NCBI GenBank assembly: GCA_020137815.1
Contig: CM035355.1
Span: forward strand, 8,246,001-8,310,000
DNA length: 64,000 nucleotides
Origin: Hormiphora californensis
Taxonomy: Eukaryota > Animalia > Ctenophora
Direction: 5' to 3'
A program made the translations under genes and the position numbers. This document shows positions 38,147 to 53,100 of this stretch, one piece after another. Positions within the stretch are counted from its first letter, which is position 1. Every line of letters starts with the position of its first letter. The notes beneath the pieces are model-generated. The model searched no databases. It saw nothing but the letters and a program-made list of their open reading frames with translations, and was not told the DNA's origin.

Positions 38147-41100
38147 TCACTTCTCGTCCTCCTCCATGATAGAGTCCTGCCTCCCCACCCCACCACCTCC
38201 CCCTGGATGGTGATGATGATGATCTGGTGTTTCACCCTCTTCCTCATCTAGCATCTCACTGTCTTCATAGCTTCCATCATTAGCAGGTCCGTACTCGCCA
38301 GTGTTTTGCATAAATGTACACGTGAACTAGAGGGAGGGAGAGGAGGGGGGTTATAATAATAACAACAACAATGTGGAGATACTGCTGTGTGTGCCATGTA
38401 TTTTCATGAGATTTCAGGGTGTGGCAGCACATGGAATTCGGGCAGCGATATATTATATGGAATCAGCAGAACAAAGCCCAAAAAGGAACAAAACCCGCGA
38501 AGTAAAAGAAGTATTAAGTAGGTAGCATTCTTGGTGCGAGAATATAGGTGGCAATGGTACCAAGTAGCATTCGAGATTTATTGCGAGTATAAAGTTAAGG
38601 TATAATAAGGTATAATTAAGGTATAATAGGATAATTTCGATGTTCCACACTGTATATTGCTTACACGTGCCTAGCTAAGCTCTTGCATTATCTTGCCCAT
38701 CTGTTTTGTGAACTGGGTAAAAAGGTTTTTCATTACTGGCATTAACACAAGTAAAAATGTTTGTTTGGTAGCCTCGTGTCAGAGATATGTGAGGGATGTT
38801 TTGTAATAGGGCCTACAATTTTGGACGTTGCAACGCGAGAACTGTTCGAACAGTATAGTAAAATTCAGAAAAGAGAGAGACATTTCGCAGCATTGAATGA
38901 GTTGCGATTGAAGATCAGAGTGCAGCTGCCAAGCTAGGTAGGGGTATAGCAAGATCAGCGTACTATAACATATATATCACCATATATGGACATGTATATC
39001 AATACCACACCATATTTGGACATGTATAAAGAGATTACAAAGCTTCTTTTACTCACTTTGGCTACCATGATAGGCATTTGGAAAGCTATCACCAAGATTC
39101 CGCTAAAGACACACAGCGTCCCCAACACTTTACCCACTGCAGAATAATTGGGGAAATTGTCATCATCATCATCAAAGGGAGATGAATTGGGAGAGCTCTC
39201 TCGAGAGTTGGGGGTTATCATATGGGGGGAAATGAATTATAGTTGAAATTATTAATAACAGACAACTACTACAATTCACTCACGTGTGGTAAATGGTACC
39301 ATGTCCCCATAACCCAGAGTGGTTACCGTGACAACCGCCCACCAACATGCTGATAAGATGCTGTCAAACTTAGTTCCCTCTACATCCATCTCACAGTAAT
39401 ACAACGCACTGAAATAAGGGGATAAAGTCACCCGTTAGGTACAGCGAGTTACAGATAACACGTTACAGATAACGGACACGTTATTCATATCACGCGTTAT
39501 TCATATCACGCGTTATTCATATCACGTTACAGATAACACGTTACAGATAAAACGTTATTCGTATCACGCGACACGCGTAATTCATACCACGCGTTATTCA
39601 TATTACGCGTTATTCATATCACGCGTTACTTACTGTACCTTGCAAACACGATGATATCAATGAGAATAAAAAGTGCCAGCGACAGAAGCTCTGCTACACT
39701 GGCTCTCAGTGCTATCCCAAACGCGACCATGTTCTTACTATGGCGGGACAGTTTGAACACTCGGAGGACCCGAAATAGCCGCAGGACTCGAAGGATAACC
39801 AAACCTCCAAAGTTCTCCAGGTTCTGAAAAGTCAATAAGTTAATTTTTCACGATCATGGATTCACTAAAACTTTTAGGAGTTGTGCTACAGAAGGAATGC
39901 TTGTTATTGCCCTATAGTTAGTAAAATTCACGCAAGGGAAAAGTGCAGGTAAAGCGTTTAAGGTTCAATGAAAAGGAGGCAAAATCCCAATATGTAGGGG
40001 GGAGGGGAACTTACGCCATTGGAGTCTTTGTTCTGAGAAAAGAGAGATAAGAACAATATGTCAACTAAAGATAAATCAAAGATGTTTAAACTAAAAGTAC
40101 ATACATTGTACAGTCGGACCCATCAAAGATGTTTACAATCAAAGAAGACCAATGATAAGGATAATCACTGACACATATGCTTTCGTGAATTACGACAAGG
40201 GAAGAAAGTTACCAAACCTTCCCAACACAATAAACCAAATAATAAACCACTATTAATCAACAAATACCATGTTATACCTTTGGAATTAGTAGTTCCATGT
40301 AATAGGGCATGATAGAGATCAGGTCAATGATGTTCAGTTTCCCTTTTACAAACGCTTTCTGAAGATCAAATGGGGGTGAGAACAAATTAGAAAATGACTG
40401 CATATAGATGATTTTCAATCACTAGCACGTCATGTAAAGATGTAGGTCTATCATGGTGATTTACTGGAAATACTGGTCCCTGATTGGCTGATAACCAGTC
40501 ACGTGACCTAAATAACGAGTTCTGATTGGTTGTTTACTTGGTCCTGTGATTTGCTAACCTTGTTCGGGCAGGTAAGGAACCTTCCAACGAGTTCCCCTGA
40601 AAAGAAAACGATGCACCCTGTTTCAATTCCAAAGAAAAACCGCCCCGTGTTTGTTAACCACCACTCCTGGAAACAATTTGTAGATAATTAGTAAACAATT
40701 GGTGAATATAGGTTGTAGAGTCGCTATACTAAAGTTAGTATAATGTGTTAGTCACTATATTTAAACTTTGTTAAATCAACAAGAAAATAGTTGTTCAAAC
40801 CTTGGCCATATCTTCTTTATAGTCAGGTAGAGTTTCACCAATAAATATTGCTATCGATAAAATAATAACAAACATACTCAGCCAACTAAATAGCTTGGCC
40901 CACTGAAAATAGAGGTTTAAATTTCAAAACTTTATTATAAATATAATAATCCTAAGAAGTCAGAAAAAAGATAACATAATTAATGATTGAACATTGATTA
41001 TAAAATAATAAGAGAAGATACCACATTATTTGAACATTACCGTGCTAGTTTCGGGATTCTCGAGGAGATTATAAATTTTCTCTTTTAATCTCTGCTTGTA

Positions 41101-44100
41101 GACATTGTGTTCTGAACTGCTGTCCAGGTGTCGGTATTCTGGTGATGTCACTGTGCATTCTTTCGTGCCTGATGTCATACTCGATTCCACTTCGTGATCA
41201 CTGAAATGGGGGGAGGGGTTGTAGGATTGTAGGATCACTGAAATAGTTGTTGGAGTTGGGGTTGGTGTCGTACTCGACATGAGGGGGTTGTGGGGTTGTC
41301 TAGGATCACTATGACATCGGGGGGGGGGGGGGATGGATTTGTGCAGATGTAGTCATTATGGGTTTACCATATAGGTTGTTGACATCAAGGTAGTTGTACA
41401 AACATTGACATCGATGTACATTATTTACGAACATTGACATCGATGTACATTTACAAACATTTGCATCGATGTACATGAATGATGAACATACGAATGGTTT
41501 CTAATAACTATTGCTGTAAACCGGCCTATGATTAATGATTATAACTATACTGCTGAATATTACCTGGAGGGTCTAATATGTTACTAAGTAGCAATGATTA
41601 CTAATATTATAGTACCTGGAGGGTCTAATATGTTACTAAGTAGCAATGATTACTAATATTAGTATACCTGGAAGGTCTAATATGTTACTAAGTAGCAATG
41701 ATTACTAATATTAGTATACCTGGAGGGTCTAATATGTTACTAAGTAGCAATGATTACTAATATTAGTATACCTGGAAGGTCTAATATGTTACTAAGTAGC
41801 AATGATTACTAATATTAGTATACCTGGAGGGTCTAATATGTTACTAAGTAGCAATGATTACTAATATTAGTATACCTGGAAGGTCTAATATGTTACTAAG
41901 TAGCAATGATTACTAATATTAGTATACCTGGAGGGTCTAATATGTTACTAATTAGCAATGATTAAACCTAATATTACCTGGAGGGTCTAATATGTTACTA
42001 ATTAGCAATGATTACTAATATTAGTACATACCTGGAAGGTCGGAGGGGTTCGCATTCTGATGATGGGTTAGAGTTATTAAGGTGGGTGTTACTGTTACTT
42101 TTATTGTTGTTACATTGATCCTTCGTTAACAACTGGGAGTTACTGTTTTGCGTTTGCAACGCGGGAGCGGTGGATTCTGAAATTGGAATTACAATGTTAC
42201 ACAGAGTCACATGACACACAGAGTCACCATGGTGATAGGGGTGTTACCATGGCGATAGGTTTCTACAGAATCACCATGGTGATAAGATACTGGTGATTCA
42301 GTGTCTGATTCAGACTGAACACATTGCAAGAATTTGAAGATTTCAAAAGCCACTTTACTTAATGTTACATTTACTAGTATACTACATTCATTAGGTGTTA
42401 GAATTAGCAATATTTAAAAGATCACATAACGTCCAGCTCGGTCGGCATGCACAGATTAGGGTCTGAGTGCGGTAACATATTTCACTGAACAAGAGTTTCA
42501 TGAAGCTAGATAATATAACATCACGTATACTGCTGGTATAACTTCATGAAACTATCACATATAGAGTTCTGCTAGATTAGAGTTAGCCGACACACGAAAG
42601 GAGCGGTTACCGGGGGACGACTCGGTTCTGTCTTTCACACCACTAAGACCCTTCTTGAGCCCCTTGGCGGCGGCTAACGCCCATAACCGATTACGGGAGG
42701 GTGTTTCACTAGGATTCTCAGGATCACTCAGTTCTAGGGGGCGGTCAATAACATCTTAAACTGTCGGCATTATTCAATGAACATTAGCCAAACAAATGAT
42801 TATTGTTTAACGTACCTCTTCTTAGGGTGGGTTTATTTTTAATGCTTCCTGCTCTTGCTACGTACTGATAACTGAAACAAAATGAATCATTATTGTGATG
42901 ATTAAATGTTGGCTCAAAACCAATAATATATGAAACAAGCTGCACTTGTTTTTTATTATTTTTATCTTTTAAAAGTCTTAAACTGTACGCAGCCCTTAGT
43001 TGCTCTGTCTGGAGTACTCCAGTCAGTGTGGGATGCGTGGAACTGTGTTTTGAGTGATTTTGAAAATCCATTACTGTTTGATAGTTCCAAAATAGTTCTG
43101 AAAAAAAAAAAAATAAAAAACTATTCGCGTGCTATAAAATATGCTTTTTCAGCTGCTACAAAGACACAATATGGATAGCATTTGATAGCATTATTGTTTT
43201 CTTAACTTGATTGATCTCTTCTAGATTACCTCGGAACGCTTGAATCAAGTTTCGCCACCGAAGCCCTCTTGAGCATAAATCTTTTTCTGGAAAACGGAGC
43301 ATTGCCACAACAAGAAAGAGAAAAGTAAAACCCCACACAAAGCTGAAAATCACACACACACGCTGCTTGTTACTCACACACATGTTGCAACTCACGCTGG
43401 GTTAGTGTTGATAGGATCCACGTGTGATGAGTGATCCAACCGGTCCACCTTCTTATCTTCCACAAAGTCACATTTTATCTTAAAAAACTGAATCTCCTGA
43501 ATAAACATGGCTATTAAACTAAGTTACTATGTACCACTTATTCCAGGGTTATATATACCCGATATGTTGTTGTATTCCATCATATTCACTAAAATCATCT
43601 CACTAAATACCTCTCGAAATATTGATAAGTTGACAGCCGGTGGTCTGAGAAGCTGCCCATTGCTCTGATAGTAATACAGGATTGAGTGGAAGGTCGGGGA
43701 GTGCCGATCAAAAAACAGCTCCCCACTTCTGTCATCCAAATACTTGCACCTTTCCTTCGCGTTACCTGACAGTGGGTCATGGGTTTTCTGAGGAGCTACA
43801 AACAGCTAAACAGCAAAGAATTAGATTAACATGACAATATACAAGCAGTGTTGACTTGTTGATACTCTCAGGCAAAGCAAAACCGAACAGTGTAACAATA
43901 AAATAGTGTTCAAGAAATCTCTGAGTCAACATACCTGAATCCAGGATTTCTCAATTTCGCTTACCTAACCCTAGCTACTACTATAACATAACAACACATG
44001 TAATGTAGGTACCTAGTAAAGTCTCTGGAAATCGTGCGAGAGTGTCTATCTTAGTTTTAAAAACAGATCCACTGACATTGATAACAATGTAGCCGTGCTG

Positions 44101-47100
44101 GTGGTCTTCCTTATGGTGATCCTTCTTGTGGTGATGCTTCTCCTTTGTGTTGAGGTGTCGTTTCCTGGGTAACGGGGGGAGAATGTTAGTGGTGGTGCTT
44201 CTCCTTTGTGTTGAGGTGTCGTTTCCTGGGTAACGGGGGGAGAATGTTAGTGGTGGTGCTTCTCCTTTGTGTTGAGGTGTCGTTTCCTGGGTAACGGGGG
44301 GAGAATGTTAGTGATGATGCTTCTCCTTTGTGTTGAGGTGTCGTTTCCTGGGTAACGGGGGGAGAATGTTAGTGGTGATGCTTCTCCTTTGTGTTGAGGT
44401 GTCGTTTCCTGGGTAACGGGGGGAGAATGTTAGTGGTGGTGCTTCTCCTTTGTGTTGAGGTGTCGTTTCCTGGGTAACGGGTGGAGAATGTTAGTTATGA
44501 TGCTTCTCCTTTGTGTTGAGGTGTCGTTTCCTGGGTAACGGGGGGAGAATGTTAGTGGTGGTGCTTCTCCTTTGTGTTGAGGTGTCGTTTCCTGGGTAAC
44601 GGGGGGAGAATGTTAGTGGTGGTGCTTCTCCTTTGTGTTGAGGTGTCGTTTCCTGGGTAACGGGGGGAGAATGTTAGTGGTGGTGCTTCTCCTTTGTGTT
44701 GAGGTGTCGTTTCCTGGGTAACGGGGGGAGAATGTTAGTGGTGGTGCTTCTCCTTTGTGTTGAGGTGTCGTTTCCTGGGTAACGGGGGGAGAATGTTAGT
44801 GGTGGTGCTTCTCCTTTGTGTTGAGGTGTCGTTTCCTGGGTAACGGGGGGAGAATGTTAGTGGTGATGCTTCTCCTTTGTGTTGAGGTGTCGTTTCCTGG
44901 GTAACGGGGGGAGAATGTTAGTGGTGGTGCTTCTCCTTTGTGTTGAGGTGCCGTTTCCTGGGTAACGGGGGGAGAATGTTAGTTATGATGCTTCTCCTTT
45001 GTGTTGAGGTGTCGTTTCCTGGGTAACAGGGGGAGAATGTTAGTTATGATGCTTCTCCTTTGTGTTGAGGTGTCGTTTCCTGGGTAACGGGGGGAGAATG
45101 TTAGTGGTGGTGTTTTTCCTTAGGGGTTGAGTTTGTTTCCCTTTGTGTTATGCCCTTTCCGGGAACGGGGAATGTTTGGGATGGCCCCTTTGTTTGGGTT
45201 GTTCGGGAAGAGAATTTTCTCTTTTGTTATTTGTCTGTTACGGGGAAAACCCTTTTGGGTGTCATGTTGGGTATGCCTGGGAATTATGGTCCCTGTTTCC
45301 TGTAGGTTTTTCCGGGTAACAACCTGTTGGGGTTTGATGCCTCCGTGTTAAGTGTGTTCCTACCTGTATGGATTATCCCTGTGTTGAGTTAGTTCGGGTC
45401 CAATTTAGTGACCCCTTTTGGAATTTTTTAAAATTATCATTAAATAAAGGATTTGTACTGGGAAGGGCACATTACATTGGGGACACGTTGTTGATATAGA
45501 AAGTTTATAGGTCATTGTTCCCTGTAAATTGTCTTTCACGGGCAATACAACACCACCTTTCATATTTTTAAGTTGGAAATACTGATATTAATAATTTACA
45601 TGTTATAATTTTAAATTCATGGTACACCACATACCCAAACAGCCCCGTATAATAATAACACACGTGATAATAATGGTTCATCCCTGGTAGATTTCCTGTT
45701 TTTTTTGAATTTTAGGTTGACAAGGCGATAAACTACATAGATCCCTTATATTAATAATTAATACAGAATATATTCGATTGATTTAAACTAAAATTTAAAC
45801 AATAGGAAAAGGAGAATAACTAATTAGATTAAAGATTTGACATAGAGCAGAAGGGGAGCGTGAGTTAAATATCAAAGAATAAAATCATTATAGATATGAA
45901 TTTTAGTATATTAGGAAAAAATTTAAATTTTAAAGACAGAGCACCCAGATAAATGAAAAGAAAATTTAGATGGCTCTGTAAAAAATTTCAAGAAAAGAGA
46001 GAAAATAAAGAGCGCAGGATTGGAGAAAAGTTTAACAAAGAAAAGAGAGAGAGAAGAAAAGAAGAATAGGGAGAAGAGAAGATGAGAAAGAGGAGAGAGA
46101 GAGAAAGAGATAGAGAGAGAAACAAGAGAAGAACGAAAGAAAAGAGAAGAGAGAAAAGAGAGAGAGAAGAACTAACTGACTGAAGAGACAATGGGAAAAA
46201 TAGGAAGATACTTGCAGATACATAAAAAACGGTTAACGGGAGATCACGCCAAAATGGAGTAGAGAGCACGAGTTAAATGCTGAAGTGAAACACTTTCGAT
46301 ATTATGAGAACGATAAAAGAAGACCCATTTAGTGACTACCTAAGTGACACCCTGATCAGTCCCAGAACTATCCCAAAGATGTCTTTTTAATTGAGAAGAG
46401 AAAATTATGGGATCAGAAGTAGCTCTCAGGGAAAGCGGAAGAAGGTTCCAGAGCTTATGGGCACGGTAGAAGAAGGAATTTCAAATATGTTAACTCTAGG
46501 AACCTCGGACGTCATCAGGTGGAGTGAATCCATATTGGATTGGGCCCTAGTGTTTATTACTATCTGGGACGGGGGTAAAGAACGAGAGATAAGGAGGGAG
46601 ATCGATTGGGGAGGTACCATATATTATTTTGTGCAGAAGCATTAAATCATTAAGCTCGAATTTATTACGAATAGGAGGTATGTTGAGGTTGGCAAGCTTG
46701 GAAAAATATTCTACCTCAGAGTAGCTAGAATTTTCTTCATCTAGTATCCATTTTATCGCTCGCTTCTGGAGTTTTTTCTAGCTTTTCAATCCCAGCTTGT
46801 ACTAGTTGGTCTCCAGATTTGTGAGCAATGTTCTAGTAAGGACCGCACAAGAGACAAGTATAAGGGTCTTCCGTTCAGGTGGTGTTCTAGCTAATTTACT
46901 GTGCCTCTTTAATAACCCTAACTTTTGCCTCTGGGAAGCAAGAATAGAATTTCTGTGCTCCTCATAACTCAAACGGTTACTAATAAGAATGCCGAGGTCT
47001 TTCTCAGAGGAAATTGAAACAATTAATTCCCCTGCAAGAGTGTAAGAATGAGCTATTTCACGTCTATTAGATTAAGCCTTATTAATTTACATTTAGCTGG

Positions 47101-50100
47101 GTGGAAGGAGATGCGGTTTTCTATAGACCATTTGTGAAGGGTTGTCGATATCAGGTTGTAGGCTATCTGAGGAGAGTGTACCTTTTCCTATTTTGAGATC
47201 ATCAGCATATAGCCTACATTGGTACCCTGATTGATTACACTATGATATCATTAATAAATAAGAAAAAAAGGGGAGTGGTCCTAAAATGGATCCTTTGAGG
47301 CACCCCAAAATGTACTGGTCCCATTCAGGATATATATCTAAAACAAACCCGCTGTTTTCTATCCCTAAGATATTCATAAGGGAAATTTAAACCCATTTTC
47401 CCATTAATATTGTAATGATCTCGGAGTTTATCTATAATTACATCATGATTAACACTATCAAAGGGCCCTTAGCAAAATCAAAATATACGATATCAGTCTG
47501 AAATGGTTATTTATATTGTAGGCGAGGCTGTCAGTAAATTCAACCCAATCTGGTACGCATGATTTATTAGGTACGAAGCCATGTTGAGAGGAAGATTTTA
47601 TCTTGGCAAATAAAAAAAGAGTTTGTCCCAAATGATCTTTTCAATCCCCTTCATTACTAGGCGGGTTTAGAGATATAGGCCGATAATTTTTAACTAGAGA
47701 CTTGTCCCTTTCTTGTGGACTGGCACTCCCTTTGCCTCTTTCCCATTCTGATGGCAAATAACTGAATGGGATGAGAGATATAGATGTATGGGAAGAGGGC
47801 GAGCTAGGACTGAAGAACATTTTTTAAGAACAATACCGTCTATATTGTCAGGACCATTGCTTTGGAGGGGGTTTTATCCTTGAGGATTTTTTGAACATCC
47901 TCCTCTCTAAATAGAAGATTATTACAGTCATTTACGTTGGTTTCCTGTTAGGATCGATTACTGTATTGTAACTACTAATATCAGAAAATTGAGCACAGAA
48001 AAGTTGTTGAACATGTTACATTTTTCAGAAGTTCTACAGGAAGAGTTGTTATTGTCACTAACAGAATCGGGAATTCTAGTGCTCCCTACTAAAGATTTAA
48101 GATACTTGTAGAACTTTTTAGTTATAGTATTACTGTCGTTCATTTCCTCGTCTGTATATGTAACTAGCTCTTTTGTCTTCTACAGAGAGTTTGTAATTGT
48201 CAGCCAGGGATACGTATTCGTCGTTTTAAAGGGGATATTTGTCAGGGTTCTTAAGATGAAGCTTGCGGCTCTTTCTACAGATTTTCGGAGAGCTTTTAGG
48301 TCTTCATCGAAACCCGGGTGGACGAGAGGGGGGTTTTAACAGTGACCATAGGAACGTAAACCTTTTTTTGGATAATGTCTAGTTTGATTTGAGACAAGAG
48401 ACACTTCTCGAGCATTAAGGCCCACAAAAGAGCATTCCAATTGCATGAGTTCAGATCTTGGTTTCCGATCCCAGTTTGCTTTCTTATATAAAATTTTCTA
48501 AACTTGGCATATTTTTCAAAGGAGACTCCTAAATTGATCGTACATTTAATTGTGCTATGACAGATTTAACTAATAGATTTCCCGTTCAACTTTAACTTGA
48601 TTATATAGCTAGGTCTATTTGTAAGAATGAGGTCTGGATATTTTCCTGAACGATGCGTAGGAAGTTTATCAGGGATACCCATACCAAGGTTACTTACGAT
48701 TTTAAGGGAAAATAGATTGCTCCCAACATTGGATGAAGGCAAATCCCAGTTTTTTTAGAGCTAAAATTGAGGGCGCCTATTTTGTAAGGGAATTATATCG
48801 CTTCGAGAGAACTTTATAATACGTTTCAGCTTGACTGTTGGGAAATTTACAGTCGGAATAGTCGTATCTGTAATAGGGCGAGATGCATAACTTAGTCCTT
48901 TCTTAGGCTTAACTAGAATACTAACTATTGGTAGGTCAGTTTGCTCCATAAAAGCAGAGTACTGTATTCACTATGGTTTTTACATAATATCATTTACTCC
49001 ACCGCCCCTTTTTTACCATACTTATTTTTGTCGATTTCACTTCTATCTTTTAAAAATGGTGTAGAGAGAGTCCGATATAATTCATTATTGCCTACATAGG
49101 AGTTGAGCCAGTTTTCATTTACTATAACATGTCAGGTTCATTGTTTTACAATATGCCTGGAGATCAAGGAGTTTTTTTAGTTTGGAAATAGGGCAGTCGC
49201 CACCAATGCTATTCATGTGTATGAGGCCCTGTGCATTACCATATACTATTTTAATTCTATCGGGGCCCGGTTTTTAATACCTGGGTTACATTGAACGAGG
49301 AGAAGGAGAGCCGACCAGCAAAAAATAAGACCACGGTTGTTGACTAAAGTATTTTTTGGGTAATGAGGCACTGTATGTTTTTTAATAGGTTTTTAGGGAA
49401 GAGCGTACTTAGTATTTTTGGGGGGACAGATTTTAATGACGGGAGGATGAGCAAAATTGAATAAGACTGTAGGTGGTAAACAACAGAGAGTTTAATAGAT
49501 ACAGAGAAGACAGTACTGGGTTTGAAGATTATAGTTTTAGACATGAACAGTGGTTTGTGGGGGTGTGGTTGTGGATCATCCGTGCGGCTACTCATTTCCT
49601 CAATAGAGTGAGGAAATGGTTGAGTTCGGTGCTTCTTCGAGAGAGAGTGTACTTTGATAGATTGGAAGCATCCGACTCTGAATCTAAAGAGTTGTAGATC
49701 GATCATTATCGATTTTAAGTAAGCTTAACTAAACTTGTCGGTATGACTGGGGAGATTTCACTAGACTCCCTATTGAACTATAATATGCGGATTAAGAACT
49801 AGCTGGCTCTATTATACGGACTCAAAAGATACTTAAAAATATTGACTAAATGCCTCTTTCCAAGAGCACTGGGGTGGAGCATACCTCGTCCAAACAATGA
49901 ACGATTAACACAGCACCCACAGTGCTCCAAGAAATCGTCAAAGCAATCAAGCCAGCCAACACCCATTTCACCATTACTCCCGAAATAGTCATCAATGACT
50001 CCCCTCATTGTTTGGTTAAATCTGATAATACGGGGGGCTAACTCAGGACGGTCCAGTCTCGGTAGAACGCTTAATTAAGTAACTTATATTAATTAGGTAA

Positions 50101-53100
50101 ATTACATTGATTAAATTATTTAGTTATTCAGTATATAGCTACACAAATTGTATAAATTAAGTTAAAAACTTCACTTATTGAATGAACCAACTGGTGCCCA
50201 TATAAAATACAGGCGGATAGACAAGGCGTTATGAGTAATGTTTTAGAGCATTGTGTAGCGTCACAATATTGGACAATATATATGTGCTGCTGTACCAATT
50301 CAAATGCAATTAATAGGAATGGGGCTGTCGAACAACGCTATTCCATTTGTGACAGCTATAATTCTTGACCCGCCCGAGATACGTGACCTATAATTCTTGA
50401 CCCGAGATACGTGACCAATTAACAGGTTTAATTAGATAATGCTGCCAGATGGAATTAAGGAAATGCAGCTCACGTTGGATCAAAATTAAATAATTGCCAT
50501 ACAGAATGGTTTTGGTCGACCACGGAAATTTTGTCGGCTATTCGGTGGTAATTTTGTAATTTAAATCATCGCCCTAGTACTAATTAACGTTCAGGAGAGA
50601 TTCACAAAATCCTCAGACCACAAAATTTGCACAAAATTTGTGACAAAAAACCACTAATTAATCTCAGCAATAATTGGAAATGGTAATTTACAAAGGCGTT
50701 GTGCGTCTGTAATTTTGGAAAGGCAATTCTCTGCAACCGAATTATTTCGCTTTTGTGCTACCCACATTGTTTGCTTGGGAAATCTCTCTCTCTCTCTCTC
50801 TCTCAGGTCTCTCTTCNNNNNGCAGTTTAAAAAAAATTTTTTGTTTTTCCGCGTTTTTTTTTAAATGACAATTTAAAGGTTCTCGCCCCCACAAAACGGT
50901 AGTGTGAGCAGTTCCCCTAAATTAACCAATGAAACCCCCCGCTAAAATAAGGGCCCCGTTTTAGCAACGAGGGTGGGGGGTAAAACATTTCCCCCGGGGA
51001 CGCTTTTGGGGAAGGGTGAGGGGGTGGGTTTGGTGAACTTTATAAGCAAGTTTGTAATTTAGAAAAAAAAGAGGGAAAATCGAAAAACCCTCCTTTTTAA
51101 CCCACCGGGGCTATTTCTTTTTTTATTTTAAAATTATTTTTAAATTAGTTCGGCCTTTCAGTTGCTGTTCACTTGAGATAAAACAAATTTTCCCCTCAGA
51201 AGAACAAGTGGGTTCCAAAGGGTATAAGTTGCCATAAAGTGGCGATGAATTCCAAAGAAAAAACCCTTGCTTGGGCGGGCAAAAACAAGAAAAAAGGGAA
51301 TAAAAGAGAAGGAATAGAAGGGGAAAAAAAGGGGGGGGTGGTAAAAAATGCCTTGTAAAACCCCTGAAACCCAAAACCAAAAACCTACAAAAGCAGGCAA
51401 GAAATTACCCCCCCCCCCCCCCCCCCCCCGAAAATTTAAATTGGGTTTAATTTTACCAAAATTCAAGTACCAAATTTAAAGGGTCTTCTATTCACTCTTT
51501 CCCCCCCCTCCCCCCGCCCCTCTCCCATTCTCCCCCTTCCCTTCCTTATCCAGATTGTGAATTTTAAAACAATTACCCCCGGGGTACCAAAAATTTCAAG
51601 TTATTTTAGCACAGTTATAACCGTTCTAAGACGGGGGCGGTTTAATTTTTATGAGATGGTTCACTTAAGCAGCTGAAACTGTGAAACTCTCTTGCAACTT
51701 TTTTAAGCCCCGGGGGGTAACCCGCAAAGGGCCCGCGGCCAATACTGCAGCTCGAATAAAATGTTATGCCGTTAGAGGTTTTTCTTGGCCCCTACAAAAA
51801 TGAAAATTTTAAAAATTAAATGGAATAAAAATTTTAATTTCCCCAAAATCTTGAGCTAGGGATAGAGGATAAAGCCTTTTGGTGTTTTCCGAGGGGGGAT
51901 TTAAACCCGAATTCATGCATTTTTTTGAAAGACAAGCAATATGGAGAAAACTAGATGTCATATTAGGGGGTTGAAATGACAGTTTTTCAAAGGACCCTCT
52001 GCACCAGACTCGCAGCACTACTTGTCAGTAAGGGGGGATCCATGTTTGGGACAGTATTACAGTATTTTATCCTGGGGTATTTTGTATCTGCAGAGGGTTT
52101 TAGAGCATAACCATATTTTAGAAGCTGTCATTTTGTAGAAATAAAATGTGCAAAAATTTTTTCCACCACACAGAGCCACAAACAAAGATGCAGCCGAGTC
52201 CCCCCCCCCTCCCTCCCCTGGAAGTGCTAAAACCCGGGGGGGGGGGGGGTGTATAATTATACAGCTCCTCAGAGTAAAACCCAGAGACTCCTCTTACTTT
52301 TAAATTTTCCAAAGGTCTATCGGGGAATCAGAAAATCATGGGCTTTAGAAAGGCCCGGGAGCTTTAGACCCGATTTTCAGTGTATAATTACTGGATACAC
52401 TGTAATTTGTCAATTATTAATATAATTTACAGGGCACTAGGAGGCTAGGGGCCTTCCTTTGGGAGCCCCAAGCAAGGAAATTCCCCTTCAAAGGCTAAAC
52501 AACACCAAACTGGGAAAGGAATGATTGGCGATTAAGCAATGCCAAAGGGTTTAAAGGAGAGTCAAACGAAATGCAGGGGGTTAATCGAAGCAATCATTCG
52601 AATTAGTTCCACATTAGTTCCACATTCGAATTAGTTCCACATTAGTTCCACAATTCACATATTGATTGAAACAACTATATCATGTGATAATTCACACAGA
52701 TCTTCCATTCCACATAGCAGATAGCTCTCAATTCAATTCAAAGCTGCGGCTGTGTTATTTCTGAAATAGTCAAAATGCCATTCAATTTCCTAATTATAAA
52801 ATCTCAATTACATGTGCAACTGTTACAATGTGCATGAAAAGAGAACATGGATTCGACAGAATGTCGATATTATGTCTCATATTGACTTATCATGTATTAT
52901 CTGATCTTTACAAATTCTAGTAGAAAGATCTAGATCATGTCATCAGAATCGTGTCTGTCAGTTTGTCGTGTATGTGTGTGTGTGTGTGTGTGTGCTCTTA
53001 ATGATAATTGTATGGAATAATGATGGGTAATAATGCAATAATACGAGTACAATGACCTTTGGTCATTTACTTGTTCATTATTTACCTGTCTGGCGCCGCA

